63,887 bases of DNA from Rhina ancylostomus (lineage: Eukaryota): assembly GCA_030265395.1 (NCBI GenBank), contig JARFYF010000055.1:14111594-14175480 (forward strand), read 5' to 3'. Positions 39,198 through 51,858 of the stretch are shown here, in pieces (the stretch's first letter is position 1; every line of letters begins with the position of its first letter). Under the pieces are notes generated by a model. It did no database searches, had not been told where the DNA came from, and saw only the letters and a program-made list of their open reading frames with translations. Position numbers and translations under genes: made by a program.

Positions 39198-40970
39198 TCA
39201 GGAATTCCTTTGGTGAAGTTTAAGCTTTAATTTGAACGGAGGAGGATAATTAAGGCTTTATCTGGTGGAAATGCACGTTTCTGTGGGGGTCGGGTGCGCT
39301 CTGGAGGCAGAGACGTGCACGGGCAGCAGTGCAAGAAATAATTTCACATCTCTTTATCCACTCCGCGCGCTGTTGGAATTAAATTTGGAACTGCCACGAG
39401 TTTCCGTTGCCCGCACCCTCCCAGGGATACAGCTGTCCTCGGTCACAAAAGCAGGAAATACTGGAAACACTCAGCAGGTCAGGCAGCATCTGTGGAAAGA
39501 GAAATAGTTAATGTTTCAGATCCGAGATCCTTCGTCAGACGCACTTGGTCTCTGATTAGAACAGTTAATCGAGCGCTCGAAACCACCCCGGTGTTCCTGT
39601 TCTCAGTCCTGCTGGAGAGGGTATGGAGACTATTGGACTGACCGGTGATGGCCCTAATGATCGAGTGGCTTGCTTACTGCCCCATGATAGACTGGTGGCT
39701 GAGGGAAAGTGCAGCGTCTTTTCCCAACATCAACCGTGTTCTTCAGGGGGAGGAGAGGAGAGGTAGAATAGAACTGGAACACCTCCTAAAGTTTAGTGGA
39801 ATGGCGATGATCGCCAGGAGACGTATAACAGACGCCGAGAGGCTCTTTCCATCCTCGGCTAGGATGCCATAGAGTTGTACAGCATAGAAACAGACCCTTC
39901 GGCCCACTGCGACTTGTGGTGGGAACAGATCCCCTTTAAACGTTGCACCTTCTTCTCTGCCTGCATTGGACTTTCTCTGTAGCTGCAACACTATATTCTG
40001 CATTCTGTTATTGCTTTCTATTTGTACTGCCTTGATGTACTTATGTTTTGAAATGATCTGTATGGGTAGCATGCAAAACAAAGTTTTTCACTGTATCTCT
40101 GTACATAAGACAACAATAAGCCAATTCCCAGATCTTCTCCCTCTCACTGTAAACCTATACACCCTGTTATGGGAAACAGACACTGGTTACCTACCCTATC
40201 TACACCTCTCATAATGTTATTTACTTCTAATATATCACCTCTCAGCTTCCTTCGTTCCAGAGGAGACAAACCCAGCCCATCCAAACTCTCCTGATAATTC
40301 ATCTCCTCCATTCCAGGCAACAGNNNNNNNNNNNNNNNNNNNNNNNNNNNNNNNNNNNNNNNNNNNNNNNNNNNNNNNNNNNNNNNNNNNNNNNNNNNNN
40401 NNNNNNNNNNNNNNNNNNNNNNNNNNNNNNNNNNNNNNNNNNNNNNNNNNNNNNNNNNNNNNNNNNNNNNNNNNNNNNNNNNNNNNNNNNNNNNNNNNNN
40501 NNNNNNNNNNNNNNNNNNNNNNNNNNNNNNNNNNNNNNNNNNNNNNNNNNNNNNNNNNNNNNNNNNNNNNNNNNNNNNNNNNNNNNNNNNNNNNNNNNNN
40601 NNNNNNNNNNNNNNNNNNNNNNNNNNNNNNNNNNNNNNNNNNNNNNNNNNNNNNNNNNNNNNNNNNNNNNNNNNNNNNNNNNNNNNNNNNNNNNNNNNNN
40701 NNNNNNNNNNNNNNNNNNNNNNNNNNNNNNNNNNNNNNNNNNNNNNNNNNNNNNNNNNNNNNNNNNNNNNNNNNNNNNNNNNNNNNNNNNNNNNNNNNNN
40801 NNNNNNNNNNNNNNNNNNNNNNNNNNNNNNNNNNNNNNNNNNNNNNNNNNNNNNNNNNNNNNNNNNNNNNNNNNNNNNNNNNNNNNNNNNNNNNNNNNNN
40901 NNNNNNNNNNNNNNNNNNNNNTATCTGCCTTTATGTGTTTAAAGACCTCCAACATCTCCTTTGTAATAAC

Positions 40971-41190
40971 ACACAGAAAGTGTTGGAGTAACTCAGCAGG
41001 TCAGGCAGCACCTCTGGATGGAAATGAACAGCTGACATTTCGGGCCGAGATCCTTCATCAGGTCCTGATGGAGAGTCTTGGCCCACAACATTGACTTTTT
41101 ATTCCCCCCATAGATGCTGCCTGACCTGCTGAGTTCTTCCAACATTTTATGTATATTGCTCCAGATTTCCAGCATCTGCAGTCTCTCTTG
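40971..41190. mobile_element. Penelope-derived inverted-repeat element
   Basis: Left arm TGTTGGAGTAACTCAGCAGGTCAGGCAGCA pairs with right arm TGCTGCCTGACCTGCTGAGTTCTTCCAACA, centred near 41063. Related copies near 6120-6420, 22135-22230, 35995-36085, 39445-39540, 50385-50615, 59335-59520, 60500-60632, 61352-61480 and 62440-62570. Confidence 0.8.
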
Positions 41191-41194
41191 TACC

Positions 41195-41660
41195 TCCTTT
41201 GTAATGGTGACGTGTTCCAGGATATCACGTGAACTCACTTGCTTTCATGTCATTCTCCATGGTAAATATAGACAAGAAGTATTCATTTAAAACCTCATCC
41301 ATTTCCTGTGGATCCACATGTAGATCACCACACTGATCCTGAAGAGGACTTACTTTCTCCTTAGTTACCCTTTTGCTCTTAATATACTCATAGAATCTTT
41401 TAGGATTCTCCTTTATCTTGTCTGCCAGGGATATCTCATGGTCCCTCTTTGCCTTCTTAATTTCTTTCTTAAGTGTACTCCTACACCCCTTACACTCCTC
41501 AAGAGACTTGCTTGGTCTGACTCCTTTTTCCTGACCAGACCCTAAATATCCTTCATCAACCTAATCTTACTGGCCTTGCCCTAACAGCAACTTGCTAGCC
41601 CTGAACTCTTCCTATCTCACTTTTGAAAGCCTCCCACTTGTCAGACATTGCTTTACATGC
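41195..41660 (-). mobile_element. CR1-clade LINE internal fragment
   Basis: Reverse complement encodes EIKKAKRDHEISLADKIKENPKRFY...EVLNEYF-like CR1 ORF2 linker. Confidence 0.8.
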
Positions 41661-42599
41661 AAACGTGATAGTCTCATAAAAAGGAGTCAACTATTCTAGG
41701 ACAGCAGAGGTTTGAAATAGAATCAACCTTATGAGTGCCATCAGACAATTCTATTGCATCAGAGCATAAGGACTTAAATATTAAATGCTTTTCCCCCAGC
41801 TAACCACACATCCTTAATTCCCCTGGTCCAAAAGACTTGTGATCTAAATCTCATATGCAAAGCACATCACCAGGTCTCCAAGGTTCCTTTAGCAACACTT
41901 CCAAAAACCGCAGAGTCCACTAGCTAAGAGGACAAGGACAGTAGGTGAATGGGAACACACTGTCTGCAAGTTACACACTGTGGAAGTATTTCTCTGAACC
42001 TAACAGTGGAACTCCCTGCACAAGTAGTGCTGTCAGATTATCTGCACCACCATCACCTTTCAAGGACATCCTATGAACCCTCTTTTGAACTCATTTTATA
42101 TTCAAGAGCATTCAAGGCCTTAAGAAATTTGGCTGTCACTCAGAAAAGCAAATTTCTAAATATAACAGTGGTGCAAAATCATGGTAGAAAAATATGAAAG
42201 GCAAAATGCAGAACTTTGACCAGTTTACCGCAGGAATCAGCAACAAAATAAGCTGTTGTTGTGTTCATGATTAAACATTATGATATCAGAGCATAATGTA
42301 ACATCATTATCAACATCTTTAATATAATAACAATGTAATTAAAACTACGCGATTAAAAATTAATTGTGCATTTATAAAATATGACACGTAAATTGTGGTT
42401 TTAATTGAATTGTAAAAGAAAAATATAATAGCAATATTTTTGAATAGTACAAATGGAAAATGCATTGTCTTTGTCAGGAAGAGAACGAGAAGTGGAGTGA
42501 AAGGGAGGGATAAAGGAGGGGGCATGGAGGGGAGTCGTGGGGGATTGGGAGTAGAAAGGGGATGGGGCCTAGGGAAGCTCAGGCCTTTACAGCATCTCC

Positions 42600-43520
42600 A
42601 CTCCCACTGTTCATCTCTCCAAATTCCCTACCTCCTCTTTTCTCCTTCTCTCACCTGCCCTTCACCTCTCTCACCTCAGTACTTTTCATTTCTCACCCTG
42701 TCTCTCATTCCCTCTCAGTGCATCAGTTCTTTCCTCTCTCTCCCCCCATCTCCCATTTCTGGCCCCGCCCCTTTCTTCCCTTTTTCTCCTCTCCCAACTC
42801 GCCCTTCTCTCCCCCGTCNNNNNNNNNNNNNNNNNNNNNNNNNNNNNNNNNNNNNNNNNNNNNNNNNNNNNNNNNNNNNNNNNNNNNNNNNNNNNNNNNN
42901 NNNNNNNNNNNNNNNNNNNNNNNNNNNNNNNNNNNNNNNNNNNNNNNNNNNNNNNNNNNNNNNNNNNNNNNNNNNNNNNNNNNNNNNNNNNNNNNNNNNN
43001 NNNNNNNNNNNNNNNNNNNNNNNNNNNNNNNNNNNNNNNNNNNNNNNNNNNNNNNNNNNNNNNNNNNNNNNNNNNNNNNNNNNNNNNNNNNNNNNNNNNN
43101 NNNNNNNNNNNNNNNNNNNNNNNNNNNNNNNNNNNNNNNNCTCCCCCTCTCTGCTCTCTCTCTCTCCCCCTCTCTGCTCTCTCTCTCCCCCTCTCTGCTC
43201 TCTCTCTCCCTTCTCTCACCGTCTCTCTTCCTTTTCTTCTTTCCTGATCATCTTGTCTCATCATTTTTCCATTCCCTCCTTCCTTTCCCCCTTCCATCAT
43301 CTTTCCCCATTCACCCCCCCCTTCCATCCTTTCCCCAAACCTCTTTTCTCACCTCCTCCCTCTTCACTGCCCTCCATCTTCCCCTCCCTCTCTTTCCCAT
43401 TCTCCCATCCCTCTCCCCCTCTTTCCCCATCCATGCCCTCCCTCTCCCCTTCCTCCCATCCTTCACCCTGCTCTCCCTCTCTTTCCCTACCTCACCACCC
43501 CACCACGTCCATCCCAACCG
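42600..43520. repeat. Long C/T-rich low-complexity tract containing an assembly gap
   Basis: Strongly pyrimidine-biased + strand with CTCCCCCTCTCTGCTCTCTCT repeats at 43141-43210, preceded by a purine-rich block at 42480-42580. Confidence 0.9.
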
Positions 43521-44299
43521 TTTCACTCCTTTAAGGACTGCTGCTTCCAAGAAGCCGGAGGTGGAGCTGGTCCCTGCTACCTGCTGTTCGCAGGTCAGTT
43601 ACAGGTAAATTCTGCCTTTGCCCCCATGGGCTGTGGAGGCAGGGTTAGGAGGACCAGCAGTGCAAGACTAGCACCAGTGGAGGGGAGGGTGGTGGTGAAG
43701 GGGTGGGGGTAATGGAGAGATTTCCTGGAACCATCTTGCATGTCCTGTTGGAAATGCAGGCCACCTATATAACTTGACTAATGTGCAGGGGCAATTTAAG
43801 AATTGGTGGCCAGCGGTCTTGCCACATCCAATGAATAAATGAAATACACTCAACAACTGAACAGCTACGGGCTCTGAGGTGGGAATTCCAAAGATTCTCA
43901 TTAGCTTCTCTGAATAAATTTCGGTCTCAAGATGGTTGACCCTTTCTTCTGACACCATAGTACAGGTTTCTGCCTGTTCTGCACAGAGAGAGAAAATATT
44001 CTACGTAACTGCAGCTGATGGGATAGAGTTAGCATTATTTGTGTTGTAGCAAGGTGCATTTGGATTTAACAGAAATAAATTCTTAGTTGGCACATGGAAT
44101 TTGAGTACAGAACCAGTTCAGTTTATTTGCATCGGGAGATACTGTCAATGTGTTCCTGGGACAATATTCATCTCATGCGTCTCAAGCATTGAAATTCACA
44201 CAGAAATTGCATTCTCCTGCTTCCATGTTTGCAATGTGTTTCCAATAGCCGTTGTGAAGTAGGCTCAATGGGTTGAATAGTTAACTCATATTAATTTCA

Positions 44300-45235
44300 G
44301 GGTCAAAGTCAAGTTTATTGTCATATGCACAAGTGCATATGTGTGTACAGGTGCACTGAAAACAACATTCACTAAAAACATAAATTAGACAAAGTATACA
44401 AAATTATACAAGGAAGAACACAGTTTAAACAAAAAAACAAAGTTCATTGTAGTGCAAAGTGGTTATAGTATCGCTATACTGAGGTTGTGAGTGGGATTTT
44501 GCCAGTTGGTTTAAGGACTGAATAGTTGAAGGGAAGTACTGTTCTTGAACCTGGTAGTGTGGGACTTCAGGCTTCTGTACCTCCTGCCCAGTGGTAGCTG
44601 TGAGAAGATGGCATGGCCCGGATGGTGGATCTTTGATGATAGAAGTTGCCTTCTTGAGGCAGCGTTTCATGTGATGGTGGTGGGGAGGGATGTGCCCATG
44701 ATGTAATGGGCAGAGTCCACTACTCTCTGCAGCTTCTTACGTTCCTGCTCTTTCAAATTGCTGTACCAGACCATGATGCAACCAGTCAGGATACTTTCAA
44801 CAGTACATCTGTAGAAGTTTGTCAGAGTGTTTGATGACATTCCAAACCTCCTGAACCTTCTAAGAAAGTAAAGACGCTGGTGTGCCTTCCTTGTGATTGC
44901 ATCTATGTGCTGGGCCCAGGACGGGTGATCCAATATGTTAATGTCCAGGAATTTAAAGCTGCTGACTCTCTCTACCACCGGTTCACCAACGTAGACTGAT
45001 GCATATTCACTTTCCTTCCCCTTCCTGAAGTCAACAATCAGTTCTTTAGTTTTACTGATGTTGAGCAAGACGTTGTTGTTGGGGCACCACTCAACTAGGT
45101 GCCCTATCTTGCTCCTGTACACTGACATCACCACCTGTGATTTGTCTAACAGNNNNNNNNNNNNATCAGCAAATTGGTAATAGGGCATTGGAACTGCGCT
45201 TAGCCACACAGTCATGTGCGTATAGGGAGTAGAGC
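44300..45235 (-). mobile_element. Rex1/Babar-like LINE, 3' portion
   Basis: ORF 44667-45293: LNISKTKELIVDFRK...VERVSSFKFL...WAQHIDAITRKAHQRLYFLRR...FYRCTVESILTGCI.VWY, then a 3' UTR ending AATAAACTTGACTTTGAC. Confidence 0.9.
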
Positions 45236-48200
45236 ATTCATTACTCGTGACACCCCCTGAAGACTGAGTAACATTATCAATTGCAGGTAACAAGTTATCA
45301 TAAGCACAAGAAGCATGGGAGCAACTGCATTAATATCTCACAGTTTAGCCCTCATTGCCCTAAAGATAGATAATGTCCTCTCAGTATGCAGCAATCAGTA
45401 TTGTCCTTTCCCTGCCAGAACACTAGAAACAGCAAGTATGCACCTCAGTGTACTGTAACCAGTGAAAGTCTCCTGTATAAACAGTCCTACACCTCACTGC
45501 TCCTGCTTCTGGGTGATGAATTATAGTCAAACCTGATCCTGTTCTCAGCAAGCACATGCTACCATTGTGGATGGAGAGGAAGAGGTGCAGTGGGATTTGG
45601 GGAATATCACTGGATCAGCAGCAGATATCCTTTTATGATTTACTCTTCTCCATAAGTGTTAAGGTCCATTGTAGAGAAATTAAAGTCACACTGGTGATCA
45701 GCTAACTCCACACAGTGCATGGAGCAAACCCAGAGCTGAATGGAGCACAGGATTTACTGCTTAAAAGATTTGGGAGACTTTCACTGGTTAGAGTACACTG
45801 AACAGGACACTTGCTGATTCGTGGCAGGGAAAAGGCATTAGTGGTTACAGCATACTGAGAGGTCATTACCTATCCAAAGGGCATTCAGGGCTAGACTGTG
45901 AGATATTGATCAGGATGCTCCCATTTTTCTGCTGCTTATGATGACCTTTTATACATAGTAGATAATGATAGTCTGTAGGGGATACCAACAGCAACTAATG
46001 AATATGAGTCAACTATCCAACCCATTGAGCCTGCTTTACAACAGCTATTGGAAACACTGCAACCATGGAAACTTGAGAATGCAATTTCTGCAATAACATC
46101 AATACTTGAAATGGGTGTGAAGAATATCATAGTTTTCCATCTCAAGATCAACACTCATTGCCAAATCTCATACTTATAGAGTGGTCCAGTCAGATGAGGC
46201 CCAAGGGAGACTGTGTACCCAAACAGCCACATAGATGGATTAATGAGCACCTTCTGGACAGAATGGAGCATCATGAGCAAACGCTCTTGGTGATAAAATT
46301 ATATTTTAAATTATCTAATTGGACAAGGGCAAAAAGTAAAGCAAAATGCAGAAATTTCTGGAAATAAACAATAGATCAAGTGAGCAAGTCAAAGAGAAAG
46401 GTGGAGTGAGGCTCGTCTGATGCCTTTTATTAGCAGTGTAGAAATATACTCAGCTCCTTCCGATGTTCTTGTTATGCTATATTTTATCTCAGAACATAAC
46501 AAACTGGCTTCTCACTGGGACAGATTAATTGCAAATTGCATGAAAATGTAGCCAAGTTGTGCGCTGCAGCTAATTGATCTTTGCTATGTTGGTGCTTTGT
46601 CCCTGTAACACATTCTGATTGTTATTAAGTGAACTCAGGGTAACGTCATCTGGAGATCAGTGTGATGGTTAACTTCATTCTCCAGATCATTGATTGGATC
46701 TCCCTTTGAAACATTGTTTTTTTGCCTTTATAATCAAGATTAAGATCCGAGATTGATGCCTGCAAACCTACTGCGGAAACCACACATAAAAAGCGGATAA
46801 TGTGCCACACGCCTGAGGGACAATATTCCGAGAGGTTTCAGCTCCCATTTCCAAAAGTCCAGCACAGAATCCCGCCGTGGATCACATGACGTGTCAATTG
46901 ATCAGCAATGGCTGCTTCAATACCCACAGTCCTCCGTGTTCCAGAACCCACCTTATCTATTGCATTAATTTTAATGCTGCGGGATTGTACTGCATCCCGT
47001 GAATGTTGTGCACCTGTAGGGTTTTATTTTGTTCCAAATCCGCCTGAAGCAGAATGTTAAAAGAAAACATGAGCTTGGTTACTGCTCGGAGGGGAACCTA
47101 GAACATTACTCTTTGATTCCGAGATACCAGAGGACAATCGAGAATGTGTTCTGACTTCCACACTACTTATTGCAGTTTTGGGGCAGGGCTGTTCAGTTTG
47201 CCATATTAAATTCCTACAAGGACGCACTGAAAGCAGAACGCGTTTAATATCGTTTGCTTTAATGCCCCTTGAATTAGTGAGAAGTTAATTTTATCAGTTT
47301 TCTGTGAATTTTCAGCAGGTAAAAACAAAGGCCTCCAACTACAATCCCATTCCTTGTTTCCCTGCTGGCTCTCGTAGTTGGCTATAATGGCACTGCATCG
47401 TGACACAGAGACAACCATGACTGATGGGCAGATCAGCTGTGTTTTTAAATGGCAGGACAAGCTTTATGATCTAAGTAGACCACTCCCGCCCTATACCAAC
47501 GTTTTCCTCCAGTAATACCCTTCCATTTAATTACCTGGAGTGGAGAATGTACTCCTTAGAGTAGACAAGTTAAAGGGGAGACTCATTAGCATTTAAAACT
47601 AAGTAGTTCAGATAGAGTGACCAGAATAAATGGGTTCTATAGCCAGATGGATCGGTACCTAAAGAATACAGAGCGATGGCAAAAAAAAAGCGCTCGTGTG
47701 CGGAGTTAGGTACGGAATTGGGCGGCTTGGCGGTGATGAGAGAAGGTATTTTGTTCAGACAATGTTGATCTTGAATGAAATGCCTGAGAGGGTGAATGAA
47801 ACCTCAAAGTTCAAAGGGAATTAGAGAAATCTGAAGACGTAATTAATTGCTTGGCTCTGGTGAAATGGTGCAGGAGAACGACTAAACGGCGGGTAAAGTA
47901 TGGGATGGACGCGATAGGCCGAGCGGTCTCTTTCTGGGCATGATCATTCTGTGACTCCATGTTGTATCACTAGCGTAGTTTATTCATTACCGAATTAAAA
48001 CGTCGAACGCGGAATTAAACTCACTCAACACCAAAAGGTTCGGCAAGCACTTCAAATCTTTATTCCTGCAAAATAGTTAAATTGGGAANNNNNNNNNNTG
48101 TTGGTAATTTCATCAGCTTGCATGCTTTCAGTACCGCGTTATATATTTTAATTAACTAAGGCCCAAACGCAGCTGTTTTTTTTAATGTGACTCTGGGTTC

Positions 48201-48645
48201 AAACCTCCAACTGAGCCCAGGGGACCGGCGTTCCCCCAGGAGAGCGAGCAGAGATACGCTCCATCAAACCCCAGGACACATCCGCCGTTATAAATATGGA
48301 TAACCCCACCGCGGAGAACAGGCTTTGAAAGGAAATTGCGACAACGCCTGGCGTTTGTTGTCTGCACCTGTTTCTGTGTGTTTAAAAAATACTGCGATCC
48401 CTTTGGACCTGAATGTTGTGGAATAAAACTCTAATCTAGTGGGAGAAATATAGCGTTCCCTTCCCCCCTCGACTGATGAATATGCAAATATTAGAAATAA
48501 GCGAGTCACATATCCTCCGTTTGTAAACTGACTTTGACTGGCTGGAACCCCTCCGGGAGCTGTTTCTATCAAGAGTCCCAGACATGTATGCATTTATTTA
48601 ATTCCTAATGGAAATATCTATCAAAAAGTAAGAAGGAAAACAGAA

Positions 48646-48683
48646 ACACACACACACACACACACACACAACCACACACACAC
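48646..48683. repeat. Interrupted (CA)n microsatellite
   Basis: Seen directly. Confidence 0.9.
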
Positions 48684-51600
48684 AGCAACGTTATACGATT
48701 TGAATTTTCCTTTGGCCTTGGCAAGTATTTGAAAGTCGTGCTTAGAAATGTCACGTTCATTCTCCTTATCCGGCGTCACCCAAAATAATTTATCTCTCAC
48801 CCGGAGGTAGTTATCAATGCACGAAAATCCAGGAAAATGCAGTGTTTTCTTATAGCTTACTGAATCTCGTTGTATTTTTGTGTGTTACTGATATTTAAAT
48901 AAAACAGAGTTGGAGGATGGAAAATATTCGAACAATCCCCGTTGAAAGTCAAGCATCCGCGCTCCTATACTCGTGTATGTCCACTCTGCCGGCCACTTTA
49001 ATGGAAACTGCTGGTGTGAAGCTGTCACGCTGTACTTGAATCCTCCCACCTGTAGTGGCGCTCCATTGCCTCTTGGGAGGAAAGTAAAATTGGAGTGCCA
49101 CATTTACTTTGCTTCCTCATAAATATGTACATCATCACTTATAATGGGAAACGTGGACTGAATATACATGTGTACATAAATCTGTATTACAATAATGTGT
49201 CATCAATAGCGTATATCCAGGGAAGTGTTATAGAAAATATATTAATGGAAATAAACTTGCTCGTTACTTAAGTGCGAGCTGCATACAAGAAATAATGATG
49301 AGCCTACATTGCTCCAGCTTCTACATGTATTTAACTATTACACAGCATAGAAACAGGCTGTTGGCTCCTGTAGAACCTATTTAAGCGTTCTTTCATCCCT
49401 CTTCGTCAACACATCTTTCTATTCCTTTCTTTCTCTTCCTTAGCCCGTCTTTCCCTTATTTCTGCTAGTTACAGAAATAATTACGCAGTTCCATGTTTTG
49501 GAGAGTCTTTATTATTTCTCAGTTTGTTTTCACTTACTACATATAACGTAACCAGTATATATGTCCTCCCAACCTGGTTTATGGCGGTGNNNNNNNNNNA
49601 AATGTTATAAAGTGACCTCTGACACACTCTCCAGTCTGGGGAGCTAGAGAATTGTTCTAATAGTTTAATGCTATCCCCACTCAATGTGTTTAAGTAAATC
49701 TATTTCTATACCAGTGGTCTTTGTCAGTGGGAGTCACTGGGCCCGAACGCTGCTGTTTGTTAACCACGCTAATTAAAATGAGTGAACCTGTTCGATTTGA
49801 GGTCAACGGTGGTTTGACGAAGTAATACTCAGGGCCTTCGAGTATGGTGTAAATAAAACGATTATTTGTATAACTATTTTTGTCTCTATTATAGAGTAGA
49901 ATCAGGAGAGAAAGTCGGGGACTGTGGAACACAAAGAGACGCAACCCCTGAAGGGAAAGCCTTCGGTTCAAGGACAGAGCAACCCGAAGGAGAAGACGGA
50001 AGGAAACGTCCTCGCGAAATAGGTCAATCGTCAAGTGCGGAAAATCCAGTGCTGCAGAATATGGAGTAGAGGTAAACGTCCCGGTCCCAGATCGCCGATA
50101 CACACGTGTGTATAACTATGGTTTGAGATGCTTGACCAAGGCCCAAGAGCTCAGAGATCCGTTATGTCGGCCTGCGCGGACTAGTCTGAGATTCCACTAG
50201 GCTGCATCAGACTGGCCATGCCCAGAAACAGTCGGCGCACTCTGCTGAGGAACACTCTTACCGCAAACAGTACATAGGAACTGGTGATTTTCTGTTGCGA
50301 TTCTACCAACCGGGGCAGAATCGGCGGAGGTTTGACTGGCGGAACGATGCCACACTTTTGAAGAAAGGTCTTTCCTACAACAAATAAAAATAGAAAATTC
50401 TGGAAATGCGCAGCGGTTCAAGCAGCACCTATGGGGGGAGAAGCAGAACTAATGTTTCAGAGAGCTGACCTTTCATTATAATGCAATAAACCAGTTAGTT
50501 GGATGAAAGGCCATCAACCACTTTTGCTCTGTTTCTCTCTCTCTGGATGCTGCCTGACTTGCTGAGTATCTCCAACACTCTTTGTTTTTATTTCGGGTTT
50601 CCAACATCTGTATTTCGGGGTGGGGGGGGGGGTGGTGGGGTGGATCATTGTTTACGTTAAGGCTTAGTGCGTAACATTCTCGGGGTCTATAAAATGAAAA
50701 TGAGCGATACACGTAGAACATTTGTAAAGGAAGACTACACTTGTTCAAGTGGTGAACCTAACATGTGGAACTATAAATATATCGCGACCATTATTCAATC
50801 CAATAACAAATTCAGGAGAAACTTCTTTAAAAACAAAACCGGTTAAAATGTGCAAATCGTTCCCCGCAAGGCGAAAAATAAGTGCATTAGGAGCTAAGCA
50901 GGAGGGGTTCGCAGACCACGTTCCCTCGTATGTTTTGTTTTAAACTGGGCTGCATGATCGGTACCGTGAGTACTTCACAATATTTTGAAAGTAGGTGAGA
51001 GCACTTTCCAACTCTGTTCCCTGCAGGATGAATTCTGGTTCTGTGTGGTGCAGGCCAGCGTTTGGAACAGCGTCGGATCATTGGTAGGGCGTAGGTTAGT
51101 GAGAGGGGCTAGAATTAGTGATGAGGTCGAGGCGGTTGATGGCATAGGGCCGAGGTCAGTGCTTGAGAGTAAGACCAGTAATTGGGTAGTCCAGGAGTCA
51201 CTGATGAATTGACGTTCGCTGAAAATGAACGATGTGATTGGGGTTAAGGATAAATCTGAAGTTAATTCTTTTTTTAAAAAAATGTCCCTCAAAACAAATA
51301 ACGATTCCAGAGCGGAACCAGTATAACCACACGAATTGTCGTTGCATTTGTGTTCCCCTCTATTATTGCGACGAATATAAATTTGGTAGTAAGATGGGGG
51401 CAAAACAGAACAATTATTTGATTTCAAACTCCATTTTCGTTCTATGCTGATCTTATAAACCTTAATGTCCGATAATTTAGCTTCCATAGCCCAGATTTTT
51501 GCTGTACTATGGAAGGCGGTTTTGTAAGATACTTTAAACCAGCGAAAGCACCCTGAGTCTGCCACTTTCTCATTGCTTGCATCTTTTCGCAAAGCATAAC

Positions 51601-51803
51601 CAATTATTAACTTACAAGCACTTGCTGTTTGCCGACAGTCTCTGAGTGTTTAAATATATTTATTTTTAAAATCGTGTTTCGTATCAATTTCTGCCTTGTA
51701 TTTAAATTCACTCACTGAAGGAGCAGTCTCGGGACACCCAATTTTTGATTGAATTGCTTCTGTGATTTGGCCATTCCACACACAGTCCGTCCAGGCCATT
51801 AGT

Positions 51804-51858
51804 TATGTGCACGCGCGCACACACGCGAGCACACACGCGCGCGCGCACACACACACAT
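51804..51858. repeat. Mixed (CA)/(CG) alternating purine-pyrimidine tract
   Basis: ATGTGCACGCGCGCACACACGCGAGCACACACGCGCGCGCGCACACACACACAT. Confidence 0.9.

Noticed and set aside
48180-48560. snRNA-type Pol III gene (octamer ATGCAAAT at 48482, TATA-like 48288, B-box-like GGTTTGAACCC on minus)
   Set aside because: No recognisable snRNA, vault, Y or tRNA body, and the T-run terminator is on the wrong strand.
51113-51210. C/D-box snoRNA-like arrangement (GTGATGA 51118, CTGA 51201)
   Set aside because: Only a 4-bp terminal stem, no rRNA or snRNA complementarity that I can recognise, and no established host gene. A snoscan or Infernal search would settle it.
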